DNA of 64,000 nt from a bacterium (GCA_963669175.1 OY769902.1:3520001-3584000), one strand, 5' to 3'. Positions 1 through 9,112 are shown, counted from the first letter of the stretch. Numbers and translations: made by a program. The notes: a model not told the origin generated them from the sequence alone.

Positions 1-549
1 GATGGGCAGTTTTTCGATACGATGCTTCTGCAATATATCCCGCGCGTTTTCCAGGGTTGTGCCTTCCGGCGCGGTGACAACCTTCTTCGTCATTACCTTG
101 GAAATCTTCTGATCGAGATTGTCTTCGAACCGAACATCACGATGTGTCAGAATGCCTACCAGCACCCCGTCATCAACAATCGGAAAACCGGATACGCCGG
201 ATTCACGCATCATGCGGAGTGCATCACGCAAGCGTTGCGTCGATTCAAGCGTGACAGGGTTCTCAATGATTGCACTTTCCGAACGCTTTACCCGGTCAAC
301 CTCACGGGCCTGCGCATCGATAGTCAGGTTCTTGTGGATAATGCCAATAGCGCCTTCACGTGCTATGGCAATGGCCATCCTGGATTCGGTAACCGTATCC
401 ATCGCGGCACTGACCAATGGAATGTTCAGATTGATGTTTCGGGTCAGGCGTGCATGTGTGTCAACTTCACGTGGCAGCACTTCACTCCGCGCCGGCACGA
501 TCAGAACATCATCAAAGGTCAAAGCTTGCGGTTGAATCAACTTGTCCAT
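1..549 (-). CDS. guaB: IMP dehydrogenase, 5' part (runs off window start)
   Basis: Minus-strand translation from ATG at 549: [26 protein letters not shown]...[14 protein letters not shown]...IHKN...VKRSES followed by CBS domains. Not in the supplied ORF track because it has no stop in the window. Confidence 0.95.
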   Translation of the reverse strand, partial: MDKLIQPQALTFDDVLIVPARSEVLPREVDTHARLTRNINLNIPLVSAAMDTVTESRMAIAIAREGAIGIIHKNLTIDAQAREVDRVKRSESAIIENPVTLESTQRLRDALRMMRESGVSGFPIVDDGVLVGILTHRDVRFEDNLDQKISKVMTKKVVTAPEGTTLENARDILQKHRIEKLPI

Positions 550-552
550 CTT

Positions 553-3120
553 TTATGCCCAAGGTAAAATGACTGACATGAAATGATCGACGTTCTCCAT
601 CAGGGCGAACGCGCTTTCGTAAATCGAAACAAATGCGCCTACCAGCACCAGGCTGACAACAATAATCAACAACCAGGCGCTGATAACACGTATCCGGTAT
701 GCGATTCGGAACATGCTGGAAATGCGCAAAAGGTACCAGAATGAAAACAGGCCGAGCAGAATAGCGGAAACAACAGTGTACCATTCATATTCGAGCAGAC
801 GGTAGTGAACCAGCCCGAGCGGCAGCAACAACAGGAAATTTGTCGCGCCCCATACAACCAGGTTGATCGTCTGCTTCAGGCTGATGTACTGTCTGAATGG
901 AATTGCCAGAATCCGGATAACAATGGCCAGTAGCAGAATAAGCAGCAGATGAAGCAGAGCAATGCTACCTGTTGCCAGAACAGGATTCCAGGCCGCTTTC
1001 ACAAGCCAGTATTTGGCCTGCCAGAAAGGAAGCAGCAGGGTTGCGATATAGTCAAAGAGATAGTTATCACGCACATGATATAACCACGACGATAACAACA
1101 CCGCCTGGCTGACACTTACAACCACAGCCAATGTCATGGTTTGAGAAATCTGGAAATAGCGACGGTCGCGAATGTCAACAAAGAAACCGTAAGTGTGTGC
1201 AAATACACGGTCCAGGTGTTGACGGAACACATTATTCTGACGACGCAGCAGAAGCAGAATTGCTGTGACAGCCAGGGTTGTGATCGGGAAAATCAGGGGG
1301 AAAGGCCGAGCCTTCTCATCAATTGCCGGGACTTCAAGATGCTTCAGGTTGAGCTGGAAGGCTTTCTTGACACGATTTTTGGTTGCAATCCGTACATTGC
1401 GATCCAGCGCGACCAATCCGCGTTCAATAACTGAAGGATCGTCGGAAGCGCCACCGATCATCAGCGGCCAGGCGCCTTTCCGGTCCGCATAAGCATCAAT
1501 ACAGAAGCCGGAGACATCGAGAGTCGCCACTTCGTTGAACTGATGCATCAACGCATCACCAAGCCTGTCCTGCCCTTTGGTCTTGTTCTCGTTGGCGGTC
1601 TCTGGTGAGACGAAACCACCCAACCCACCGATTAACCAGGGATCCTTTCCATCTGGAATCGGCTGAATCTTTTCAAAGAGAGAATATGGGGGGCGATGCG
1701 TCATCCCGATCAAGCCATTGGGAATATCCGGCACTTCTGAGCACAACAGCCCCATCAACAGGGGCCTGTTATCATATTCAGAGACTTTTGTTATCAATCC
1801 GGATACATCTGATAAAACCTGCTGGTCGGCAGCTATACCATCCGCTACTCCCCAGGCTATAACACTGGGATGCAACCGTAGCAAACGGACCTGTTCAATA
1901 ATGGTATTGGTCAACCTGGTCTGAAGCTGCTCATCCACATACAGGGGAGTCGGTACATTCTTCAGTCCTGTATTGGTTATCAGCCAGATTCCTTTACGGT
2001 CGCAAAGTTCAGCGGTCGCAGGGTGTGCCGGTCCCAACATGCGAACCATGTTGAACCCGATTTCCTGGATTTCATTCAGATCCGCTTCAACTTCATCTAC
2101 AGTCAACGCCAGTCCACGCTCAGCGCTTTCCTGCAGCAAATCTACGCCCCAGATTTCCGTCAACTTCCCGTTGAACACCAATCCTTCCGGAGTCCATTGC
2201 ATCGTGCGAAAACCAAGGGGTTGCAGAACAGTCCAGGTATCAACGCCATCTGATATCGTCAACGTGAATTTGTAACGCATCGGACTGGAAGGCGCCCACA
2301 GTAATGGATTTTGTATCTTTCCTGTAATACTGGTTTCAGCGGCTTCCACCTGCCCAAGAGCGACCTGAACGGGATTTCCCGTCCAGTCCTTCGATTCATC
2401 CGGCGCTACCCAGGATGGTGTAATTGTCAGCGTTTTAACACTGGTAGAATCATCAATCATTGATCCCATGTTGCGGAAAAGAAGATGAAGCTCCCAATCC
2501 GCCTGGGAAAGATCCTCGTTCAAGTCGACTTTCCAGTCGATATTTTCCAATACTGCAGTCGGTCCCGCAACGAGAGCTACATCACCGAACAGACCTACAT
2601 AGGGCAAATCATCATAAAGTTTTGGTTTTAAGGGGATAGAAGCACGTGAGGATAAACGATCATCGACTTCAACTTCCAGACTGTTCTTGTCGCCAATCGC
2701 GAGCAAGCGCTGGGGCAGGTCCACAACCAATTGCGTCCAGTCCCCCTCCCAGACCTCAACCAGCCGTCCGTTGACCCGGATATTCAGCTTCTGCCTGACA
2801 CCCCAGAATACAAGGCGGAAGTGCTTTCCAGCCAGGCTATCCGGAATCTCAAAGCTGGTGCGAAGGGTAGCAGTTCCCTGGCCCGATGCCCAGCACCCCG
2901 GAACCGTTACCTTCTGTTCATCCCCCCACTCCGGCTCCATGGTCCATACACCGGAAAGAGGGATGTAGACGCGTTGTTCGTTGGGCGCATAGATCCCGCT
3001 CGATGGCACATACGGATGTTCCGCCATCCCGCCAAGGTATACCGCTTCTGTACCAGCACGGGTATGTCCCATACTCCAGGACAGGAGTAAGCCTAGTAAA
3101 ATCAGGATATAACTTCGCAT
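553..3120 (-). CDS. Glycoside hydrolase family 2-like protein with signal peptide and C-terminal multi-pass membrane domain
   Basis: LSGVW / VPGCW sugar-binding domain, LWAPSSPMRY, LGFR, GFNMVR, LCDRKGI and HPSVIAW GH2 motifs; about 6 hydrophobic segments at the C-terminus. Start moved to MRSYILILLG (3120) because the longer ORF overlaps the divergent gene. Confidence 0.8.
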   Translation of the reverse strand: MRSYILILLGLLLSWSMGHTRAGTEAVYLGGMAEHPYVPSSGIYAPNEQRVYIPLSGVWTMEPEWGDEQKVTVPGCWASGQGTATLRTSFEIPDSLAGKHFRLVFWGVRQKLNIRVNGRLVEVWEGDWTQLVVDLPQRLLAIGDKNSLEVEVDDRLSSRASIPLKPKLYDDLPYVGLFGDVALVAGPTAVLENIDWKVDLNEDLSQADWELHLLFRNMGSMIDDSTSVKTLTITPSWVAPDESKDWTGNPVQVALGQVEAAETSITGKIQNPLLWAPSSPMRYKFTLTISDGVDTWTVLQPLGFRTMQWTPEGLVFNGKLTEIWGVDLLQESAERGLALTVDEVEADLNEIQEIGFNMVRMLGPAHPATAELCDRKGIWLITNTGLKNVPTPLYVDEQLQTRLTNTIIEQVRLLRLHPSVIAWGVADGIAADQQVLSDVSGLITKVSEYDNRPLLMGLLCSEVPDIPNGLIGMTHRPPYSLFEKIQPIPDGKDPWLIGGLGGFVSPETANENKTKGQDRLGDALMHQFNEVATLDVSGFCIDAYADRKGAWPLMIGGASDDPSVIERGLVALDRNVRIATKNRVKKAFQLNLKHLEVPAIDEKARPFPLIFPITTLAVTAILLLLRRQNNVFRQHLDRVFAHTYGFFVDIRDRRYFQISQTMTLAVVVSVSQAVLLSSWLYHVRDNYLFDYIATLLLPFWQAKYWLVKAAWNPVLATGSIALLHLLLILLLAIVIRILAIPFRQYISLKQTINLVVWGATNFLLLLPLGLVHYRLLEYEWYTVVSAILLGLFSFWYLLRISSMFRIAYRIRVISAWLLIIVVSLVLVGAFVSIYESAFALMENVDHFMSVILPWA

Positions 3121-3270
3121 AGTCCCCATGAGGTTTAAGGTAAGCTTGAATATACTTTTTTTCGACAAGTGCCGCAACGCAAAGGCCGTCTCACTCTTGC
3201 CTCCTTTGCCTGAAAATCGTAGTTTTCTCACTGATTTGACTACAGTTTTTCCCGCATCGGAAGGGACGTT

Positions 3271-4929
3271 ATGGTCAAGCACATCACGCTGGTTCTCATC
3301 ACTGCATTTGTTGTCCTGTTCTTCGTGTCATTTGCTGTTGCGTCACCTGATTCTCCTGAAGCTATCCAACTCGGTTTGTGGACGCTTCTTCCTCCCTTGG
3401 TTGCCATATGCACCGCCTTGATTTTCCGTGAAGTGATTTCCGCACTGTTGCTGGGATTGCTTGTCGGCAGCATTCTGATGACACCAGTGCACCCTGTCGA
3501 TGCGATTGTCCGTATTCCGGCCGATTTCCTGATCAACAACCTCGCTGACAGTGACCACGCTTCCATCATCCTGTTCAGCCTTATGCTCGGTGGAATGGTC
3601 GGCATCCTGTCACGAAGCGGTGGCACGGCAGGGATTGTTGCAATCATGGAACGCTTTGCCAAAGGCAGGAAAGGCGCATCTTTCATGGCCTGGCTTCTTG
3701 GTGTGGCCATTTTTTTTGATGACTATGCCAATACCCTGATCGTTGGCCAGACTATGCGCCCTTATACGGACAAGATGAAAATATCACGAGCCAAGCTGGC
3801 CTATATCGTGGATTCTACAGCCGCGCCGGTCGCTTCGATAGCGCTGGTCAGCACATGGATCGGGTTCGAGCTGGGGTTATTGAAAGACGCTTCCGAAATG
3901 CTTGGTATGCAGACCGACGCGTTCATGCTGTTTTTACACGCCCTCCCTTATCACTTCTACAGTTTCTTTACCATCGTTTTTGTATTGGCGATTGCCCTGC
4001 GCGATCGTGATTTTGGTCCGATGCGCGCTTATGAGCAACAGGCGCTGAAAGACATTGATTCATCCAGGGTTGAAGGTATTGAGCCTGAACAACTGTCAGA
4101 ATCTCAGTTTGTAACCGATTCAGCCAGAGCCCGGGATGCCTGGATCGCAGTCGTGCCGATTGTGCTGGTCATACTGGCCACACTGGTTGGCCTCTATTAT
4201 TCCGGCCTTCAAACAGCTCCGGAAGGTTCTCCCCTGTTTGTTATTATCGGAGAAGCCAATTCATTCCAGGTTTTACTTGCCTCATCATTTGTGGGTGTGC
4301 TTGCCGGTGCGTTGATGGCGCTGATCATGGCGAAAAAATCGCTGACCGATGTCACTGAAGGCTTGTTCGAGGGCATGCGGTCCATGTTGCCAACCATGAT
4401 TATTCTCACGCTGGCCTGGTGCCTGGGGGATGTCTGCAACCGTATCGGAACAGCTGATGTCATCATCGGACTGGCATCGGAAAATATGCCGGTGCTCTTA
4501 TTACCAGCCACTGTCTTTCTCCTTGCAGCAATAATCGCTTTCGCCACTGGCACGTCGTGGGGAACAATGGCCATTCTGATTCCGATAGCCATTCCCCTGG
4601 CACACCATTTTGCTGTTGCTGAAGCGACTGACGGCATCCATGCGATGCACCTTGTCTACGGCACTATTGGCGCGGTTCTGGCCGGGGCGACATTTGGCGA
4701 CCATTGCAGCCCGATTTCTGACACTACGGTGATGTCTTCGCTGGCGTCGCAATGCAATCATATCGCCCATGTTCGTTCGCAAATCCCTTATGCGGCGATG
4801 AGTGGAGGTGTGGCGATCCTGGTGGGGTATCTCCCGGCCGGATTTGATATGCCGCCCTGGGTCGGGCTTATTCTGGGAATGGGAATCCTGTTCTTTCTGC
4901 CACGGTTCTTTAAACCGAATATTGAATAG
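3271..4929 (+). CDS. Na+/H+ antiporter NhaC-family (ion transporter superfamily) membrane protein
   Basis: IFFDDYAN, LAYIVDSTAAP, FATGTSWGT and GDHCSPISDTT motifs; multi-pass hydrophobic. Confidence 0.9.
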   Translation: MVKHITLVLITAFVVLFFVSFAVASPDSPEAIQLGLWTLLPPLVAICTALIFREVISALLLGLLVGSILMTPVHPVDAIVRIPADFLINNLADSDHASIILFSLMLGGMVGILSRSGGTAGIVAIMERFAKGRKGASFMAWLLGVAIFFDDYANTLIVGQTMRPYTDKMKISRAKLAYIVDSTAAPVASIALVSTWIGFELGLLKDASEMLGMQTDAFMLFLHALPYHFYSFFTIVFVLAIALRDRDFGPMRAYEQQALKDIDSSRVEGIEPEQLSESQFVTDSARARDAWIAVVPIVLVILATLVGLYYSGLQTAPEGSPLFVIIGEANSFQVLLASSFVGVLAGALMALIMAKKSLTDVTEGLFEGMRSMLPTMIILTLAWCLGDVCNRIGTADVIIGLASENMPVLLLPATVFLLAAIIAFATGTSWGTMAILIPIAIPLAHHFAVAEATDGIHAMHLVYGTIGAVLAGATFGDHCSPISDTTVMSSLASQCNHIAHVRSQIPYAAMSGGVAILVGYLPAGFDMPPWVGLILGMGILFFLPRFFKPNIE

Positions 4930-4949
4930 AAACAGATAAAATATTGCAG

Positions 4950-5240
4950 GAAAATGGGGACTGTTACTCTTTTTCACTTTCATGAATGTCAACTTTTGAC
5001 GATTATGCTTGATTTATACTCGCGATCATTTATTTCTAACAAATCTACTTCGAAAAAGGTAACTGTACCAACATTTTCCGTCCAGAATCATCCCCGACAG
5101 CCGGCAAAACATCCGATACAATTCCGATTAGGGCTATTCGAAGATATTCGGCAAAAAATCCGGTACAGTTACCTTTTCGGATAGTTTTGACAATGTATTT
5201 TATTACGGATAAGTTTGAAAAGGTAACAGTCCCATTTTTC
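4950..5240. repeat. Nested inverted-repeat module (GGGACTGTTAC / GGTACAGTTACC family), copy 1
   Basis: AAAATGGGGACTGTTAC (4951) ... AAAAAGGTAACTGTACC (5053) ... GGTACAGTTACCTTTT (5162) ... AAAAGGTAACAGTCCCATTTT (5218); related copies at 51196-51545 and 22372-22456. Confidence 0.8.
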
Positions 5241-5407
5241 GCCTTTCTTACCGCACCAGATTGATTTAGAGAGCATGTCGAATTGTGTATAGTCGTTCCC
5301 GAAAGTCTTTACTGTTTCAGGTTGGCAGCAGTAGCTTTCTGGCACTGAACATCCTTCTTGGGTAGGGTCGATTCTCCCCAATTGCACTCTTTCGAAAATT
5401 ATTATTA

Positions 5408-5615
5408 TTAGCAGGCTTTAGCCTGCTCCTCTTAGCCCCCGGCTTTAGCCGGGGGCTAAGAGGCCAACAAGGGTTTGAGCGCCCTTCAGGGTGCTTTCCT
5501 GATCCGTATTGATTCGATGAAAAAAAAGCACGCTAAAGCGCGCTCATAGCTTTTGTTATTTCCATCCACCCGGCTAAAGCCGGGTGCTAAGAGAAGCCTG
5601 CTGAAGCAGGCTAAT
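5408..5615. repeat. Six-palindrome REP/REPIN-like module (CTTTAG/CTGAAG-loop family), copy 1
   Basis: AGCAGGCTTTAGCCTGCT, CCCCCGGCTTTAGCCGGGGG, GAGCGCCCTTCAGGGTGCTT, AAGCACGCTAAAGCGCGCTC, CACCCGGCTAAAGCCGGGTG, AGCCTGCTGAAGCAGGCT; inverted copy at 38590-38795. Confidence 0.85.
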
Positions 5616-5730
5616 CGCTTTCGAATCAGCAATAACTTTCGAGTTCCTATGTTAAACGACAGGCGCATCAAGTCGTGTTGGAACTGCTATCTTAGCAGTA
5701 TTCCATTTTTCCAACACAAGGAGAAGCGCC

Positions 5731-6792
5731 ATGTCGAAGAACCAAGTTATTGCAGCGGACCGTTCATTGTCTATAGGTCTGGATGTTGATTCGCAGACTT
5801 CTTTCGCCGTTGTGCTCGACACCCAGACTGGTGAAGTGCTCTTTGAGAATCGGATCAAGCATGACTCAGCCGCCTGGGAACGCTTCTTTGCCCGTTTTCC
5901 CAACTGCCGCATGTGGGCGTGTTATGAAGCGGGCCTCACCGGCTTTGGCCTCTGTCGTTACCTGATCGGCCAAGGTGTTGACTGCCAGATCGCGCCGCCC
6001 AGCCAAGTTCCCAAAGGGGCGCAAGCGAAGCAGCAGAAGACCGATCATCTGGATGCCCTTACCTTGGCCCACATGTTCTGGACACCACCTCGTACCTGGG
6101 TACATGTCCCCACAGAACAGGAAGAGGCGGATCGTCAGTTGTCTCGCACCCGTGACCAGGTGATGAATGATCGCGTTCGGGTCAAAAACCGAATCAAGAG
6201 TCTGCTATTGTTTCACGGTTTACAGTCACCGTTTCCGCCGCAACGCTATTGGACAAAGGAATACCGGCGCTGGTTGCGAACGTGTGATTGTCTGGCCGCG
6301 ACACGGATAGCCATTGATGTTGCTCTCGATGAGCTGGAGGCCATTGAACAGCAACTCAAGGTGATCACCAAAGCGATCAAGGCGATGAATGCGTCCGCAA
6401 CGTATCGGGACCGTACCCAGCGCCTGCGCCAGGTGAAGGGAGTGGGCGAGTTGACCGTGAACGCCTTCGTGACCGAGATGTATCGTCCCGAACGCTTCGC
6501 ATCCGGTAAGCAAGTCGGCGCACATCTTGGCTTGACGCCGTGTGAATGGTCAAGCGCCAACACACGCCATATGGGACACATTACCCACTGGGGACCGTCC
6601 CATCTACGAAAACTATTGGTCGAAGCTGCGTGGCGTTGGGTGCAAAAAGATCCGTATGCAAAGAAGAAATACGATGCGATCCATGCCGGGAAAACACGGA
6701 AAGTGGCGATCGTCGCCATGGCACGAAAACTAGCCGTGATACTGTGGGCCATGCTGGTCAAAGAACAAGACTACAATCCTGCCTGCGTATAA
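5731..6792 (+). CDS. IS110-family DEDD recombinase/transposase
   Basis: GLDV, YEAG and KTDHLDA (RuvC-like D-E-D-D); C-terminal GVG...GLTPCEWSS...LRKLLVEAAW...AIVAMARKLA. Confidence 0.95.
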   Translation: MSKNQVIAADRSLSIGLDVDSQTSFAVVLDTQTGEVLFENRIKHDSAAWERFFARFPNCRMWACYEAGLTGFGLCRYLIGQGVDCQIAPPSQVPKGAQAKQQKTDHLDALTLAHMFWTPPRTWVHVPTEQEEADRQLSRTRDQVMNDRVRVKNRIKSLLLFHGLQSPFPPQRYWTKEYRRWLRTCDCLAATRIAIDVALDELEAIEQQLKVITKAIKAMNASATYRDRTQRLRQVKGVGELTVNAFVTEMYRPERFASGKQVGAHLGLTPCEWSSANTRHMGHITHWGPSHLRKLLVEAAWRWVQKDPYAKKKYDAIHAGKTRKVAIVAMARKLAVILWAMLVKEQDYNPACV

Positions 6793-6836
6793 CCCCAGCA
6801 CTGCTGGCAGGTAGGTAAAGCATAGATTGTGATTGA

Positions 6837-6977
6837 ATCGTCCGATGCCATTGGGAACACGCGACCCTGGTAGTTATTCTGTTGCTTGACAACGATTCGA
6901 GTTTAGGGCGCCGCTGTTCCGTGCGAACAAAAAACCTGTGCCACGAGCACGAATAGCAGAACGGCACATGGGACGAT
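6837..6977 (+). ncRNA. Predicted bridge/seek RNA of the IS110 element
   Basis: Closing stem ATCGTCCgATG/CATgGGACGAT encloses two internal loops; guides TAGTTATTCT (6871-6880) and TTCGAG (6896-6901) match the target flanks. Confidence 0.75.
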
Positions 6978-7026
6978 ACAAAGGCTCTTTACACCCTTGA
7001 CTGTTTACATAGCGGAATAACTATAT

Positions 7027-8490
7027 CTACAGGATATACCGCGACAGATCGTCATCCTCGACCAGGTCGGATAGTGTCTCCTGTACCATCGCCTTCGTGA
7101 CTTCAATCTTCTTGATCCGCTTATTTGGAATCTTGAACAGCCATTCATCCAGCAGTCTTGTCATTACGGTATGCAACCTGCGGGCGCCGATGTTCTCGGT
7201 ACGATCATTAACCGTGGCAGCGAAACGTGCGATTTCACGAATTGCGGCCTTATCGAAAGTCAGCTCAACATTTTCCGCAGAGATCAGCGCTGTATACTGC
7301 TTCACCAGTGAATTGCGAGGTTGAGTCAGGATCTTTACAAAATCCTTTTCGTCCAATGGGTCCAGTTCAACCCGAATGGGGAAACGTCCCTGCAATTCCG
7401 GGATCAGATCAGAAGGCCGCGCCACATGAAATGCTCCTGCCGCAACGAACAGGACATGATCAGAATTCACCGGACCGTATTTTGTGGTTACCCGTGTGCC
7501 TTCAACGACAGGAAGAATATCACGCTGAACCCCTTCCCGGCTCACATCAGGCCCGTTACCCGGCTCAACCGCTGCGATCTTATCTATTTCATCCAGAAAG
7601 ACGATACCGACCTGTTCTGCCCTGTCAATCGCTTCTGCAATAATGGCGTCCATATCCAGCAAGCGGTCAATCTCTTCACCGAGGAGCAGGCTACGGGCTT
7701 CGTCAATCGTGACTTTACGCTTCTTCCGTTTTTGCGGCATCATTCCGCCGAACAGCTCCTGCAGGTTGATTCCCATCTCTTCAATCCCGATAGGACCAAT
7801 CACCTGCATCATACCACCGGTTTTCTCCGGAACACGCAATTCGACAGTAAATTTTTCCAGCTTGCCGCTACGCAGACGTTCACGCATTTTTTCACGTGAA
7901 CGTGCATATCGTTCAGACGCTATCGCAGCCTTTTCTGCTTCTATGCCCTCATCAATCTCATCATCTTCTTCGTCATCATCATCATCACCGTTCTCTTCAA
8001 CCTGCTGCGCGATTCCACTGAGCAGGTCATTCAGGTTTTTCGGGCTGGAAGATTTTGATGATGAAGGTGGCGGCAGCAAGAGATCAAGCAGACGCTCCTC
8101 AACCTTCAATTCAGCAATTTCGCTGACTTCTTCGGTTCGTTCCGAACGCACCATCGCAACCGCAGCGTCAACCAGATCACGAATAATGCCTTCAACATCC
8201 TTTCCGACATAGCCGACTTCGGTAAACTTGCTGGCTTCAACCTTGACAAAAGGCGCTCCGGCCAGTTTCGCCAGGCGACGGGCAATTTCAGTCTTGCCAA
8301 CGCCAGTCGGCCCCATCATGAGGATGTTGTTGGGCAGGATTTCATCGCGAATCGGATCTTCTACCTGTTGACGGCGCCAACGATTCCGTAGAGCAATCGC
8401 AACCGCACGTTTCGCTTCATCCTGACCAATGATGTATTCATCCAGTTCTTTTACGATCTGGCGAGGTGTGTACTCAAAAAGGGATTTCAC
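7027..8490 (-). CDS. hslU: ATP-dependent protease ATPase subunit HslU
   Basis: TPRQIVKELDEYIIGQ, GPTGVGKT, KFTEVGYVG, DEIDKI, ELQGRFPIRVEL, C-terminal DLSRYIL. Confidence 0.97.
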   Translation of the reverse strand: MKSLFEYTPRQIVKELDEYIIGQDEAKRAVAIALRNRWRRQQVEDPIRDEILPNNILMMGPTGVGKTEIARRLAKLAGAPFVKVEASKFTEVGYVGKDVEGIIRDLVDAAVAMVRSERTEEVSEIAELKVEERLLDLLLPPPSSSKSSSPKNLNDLLSGIAQQVEENGDDDDDEEDDEIDEGIEAEKAAIASERYARSREKMRERLRSGKLEKFTVELRVPEKTGGMMQVIGPIGIEEMGINLQELFGGMMPQKRKKRKVTIDEARSLLLGEEIDRLLDMDAIIAEAIDRAEQVGIVFLDEIDKIAAVEPGNGPDVSREGVQRDILPVVEGTRVTTKYGPVNSDHVLFVAAGAFHVARPSDLIPELQGRFPIRVELDPLDEKDFVKILTQPRNSLVKQYTALISAENVELTFDKAAIREIARFAATVNDRTENIGARRLHTVMTRLLDEWLFKIPNKRIKKIEVTKAMVQETLSDLVEDDDLSRYIL

Positions 8491-9035
8491 AGCTCAATGA
8501 CCTTCAGGTTGGAATTTGTGTAAATGCAAATATCTGAGGTAATCCGTAGCGACTCGGTGACGATATCGACAGCGGTCAGATCTTTGGCGTGGTCTACCAG
8601 CGCACGAGCAGCCGCTGTAGCATAAGGCGCTCCGCTTCCGATTGCCAGCAAGCCATCATCCGGTTCAATAACGTCGCCATTACCGCTGATTAGGAACAAT
8701 TCCTTTTTGGTGACAGCGATCAGCAACGCTTCAAGCCTGCGCAGGGCACGATCGAGACGCCAGTCTTTCGCCAACTCCACAGCCGCCCTGCGTACATCTT
8801 TCGGATAAGCACGCAGTTTCTCTTCAAAGCGGTCAAATAAGGTTAAAGCATCTGCCACACCGCCCGCGAACCCTACCACAACATTGCCACCATTGAGTTC
8901 GCGCAGTTTATCCGCGCCACCCTTGATAATGGTATCATCAAATGTCACCTGGCCGTCCGCTCCAATGGCGCATTTGCCCTTGTAGCGCACTGCCAGAACA
9001 GTTGTACTACGAACTTTTCCTGGATATAGACTCAC
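8487..9035 (-). CDS. hslV: ATP-dependent protease peptidase subunit HslV
   Basis: STTVLAV (N-terminal Thr nucleophile), DGQVT, GFAG, AIGSG, ICIYTN. Confidence 0.97.
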   Translation of the reverse strand: MSLYPGKVRSTTVLAVRYKGKCAIGADGQVTFDDTIIKGGADKLRELNGGNVVVGFAGGVADALTLFDRFEEKLRAYPKDVRRAAVELAKDWRLDRALRRLEALLIAVTKKELFLISGNGDVIEPDDGLLAIGSGAPYATAAARALVDHAKDLTAVDIVTESLRITSDICIYTNSNLKVIEL

Positions 9036-9112
9036 GTTACCACCTGTCCCAGTTTACCCTTAAAGAAAACCAGGGAATGGCAAGCGCCTGTATCCCTGGT
9101 TCTTCGCTGCAT

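Larger units (their letters stand above)
5644..7015 (+). mobile_element. IS110-family insertion sequence, IS1111 type (sub-terminal IRs, 3' non-coding region)
   Basis: Imperfect sub-terminal IRs CTATGTTAAACGACAGG (5647-5663) / CTTGACTGTTTACATAG (6996-7012). Ends inferred from the empty-site homologue at 38550-38580 and the circle-junction promoter; 1-nt ambiguity (5643-7014). Confidence 0.85.

Noticed and set aside
22-567. 181-aa plus-strand ORF
   Set aside because: Antisense shadow of guaB.
5631-7022. AATAACT at 5631-5637 and 7016-7022 as a 7-bp target-site duplication
   Set aside because: IS110 elements do not make classical TSDs. The gapless empty-site alignment and the 17-bp junction promoter both favour ends at 5644/7015, with both heptamers belonging to the host.
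7950-8000. Acidic tracts in HslU and in tricorn (about 61440-61510)
   Set aside because: Low-complexity linkers in known variable regions; no evidence of a separate function.
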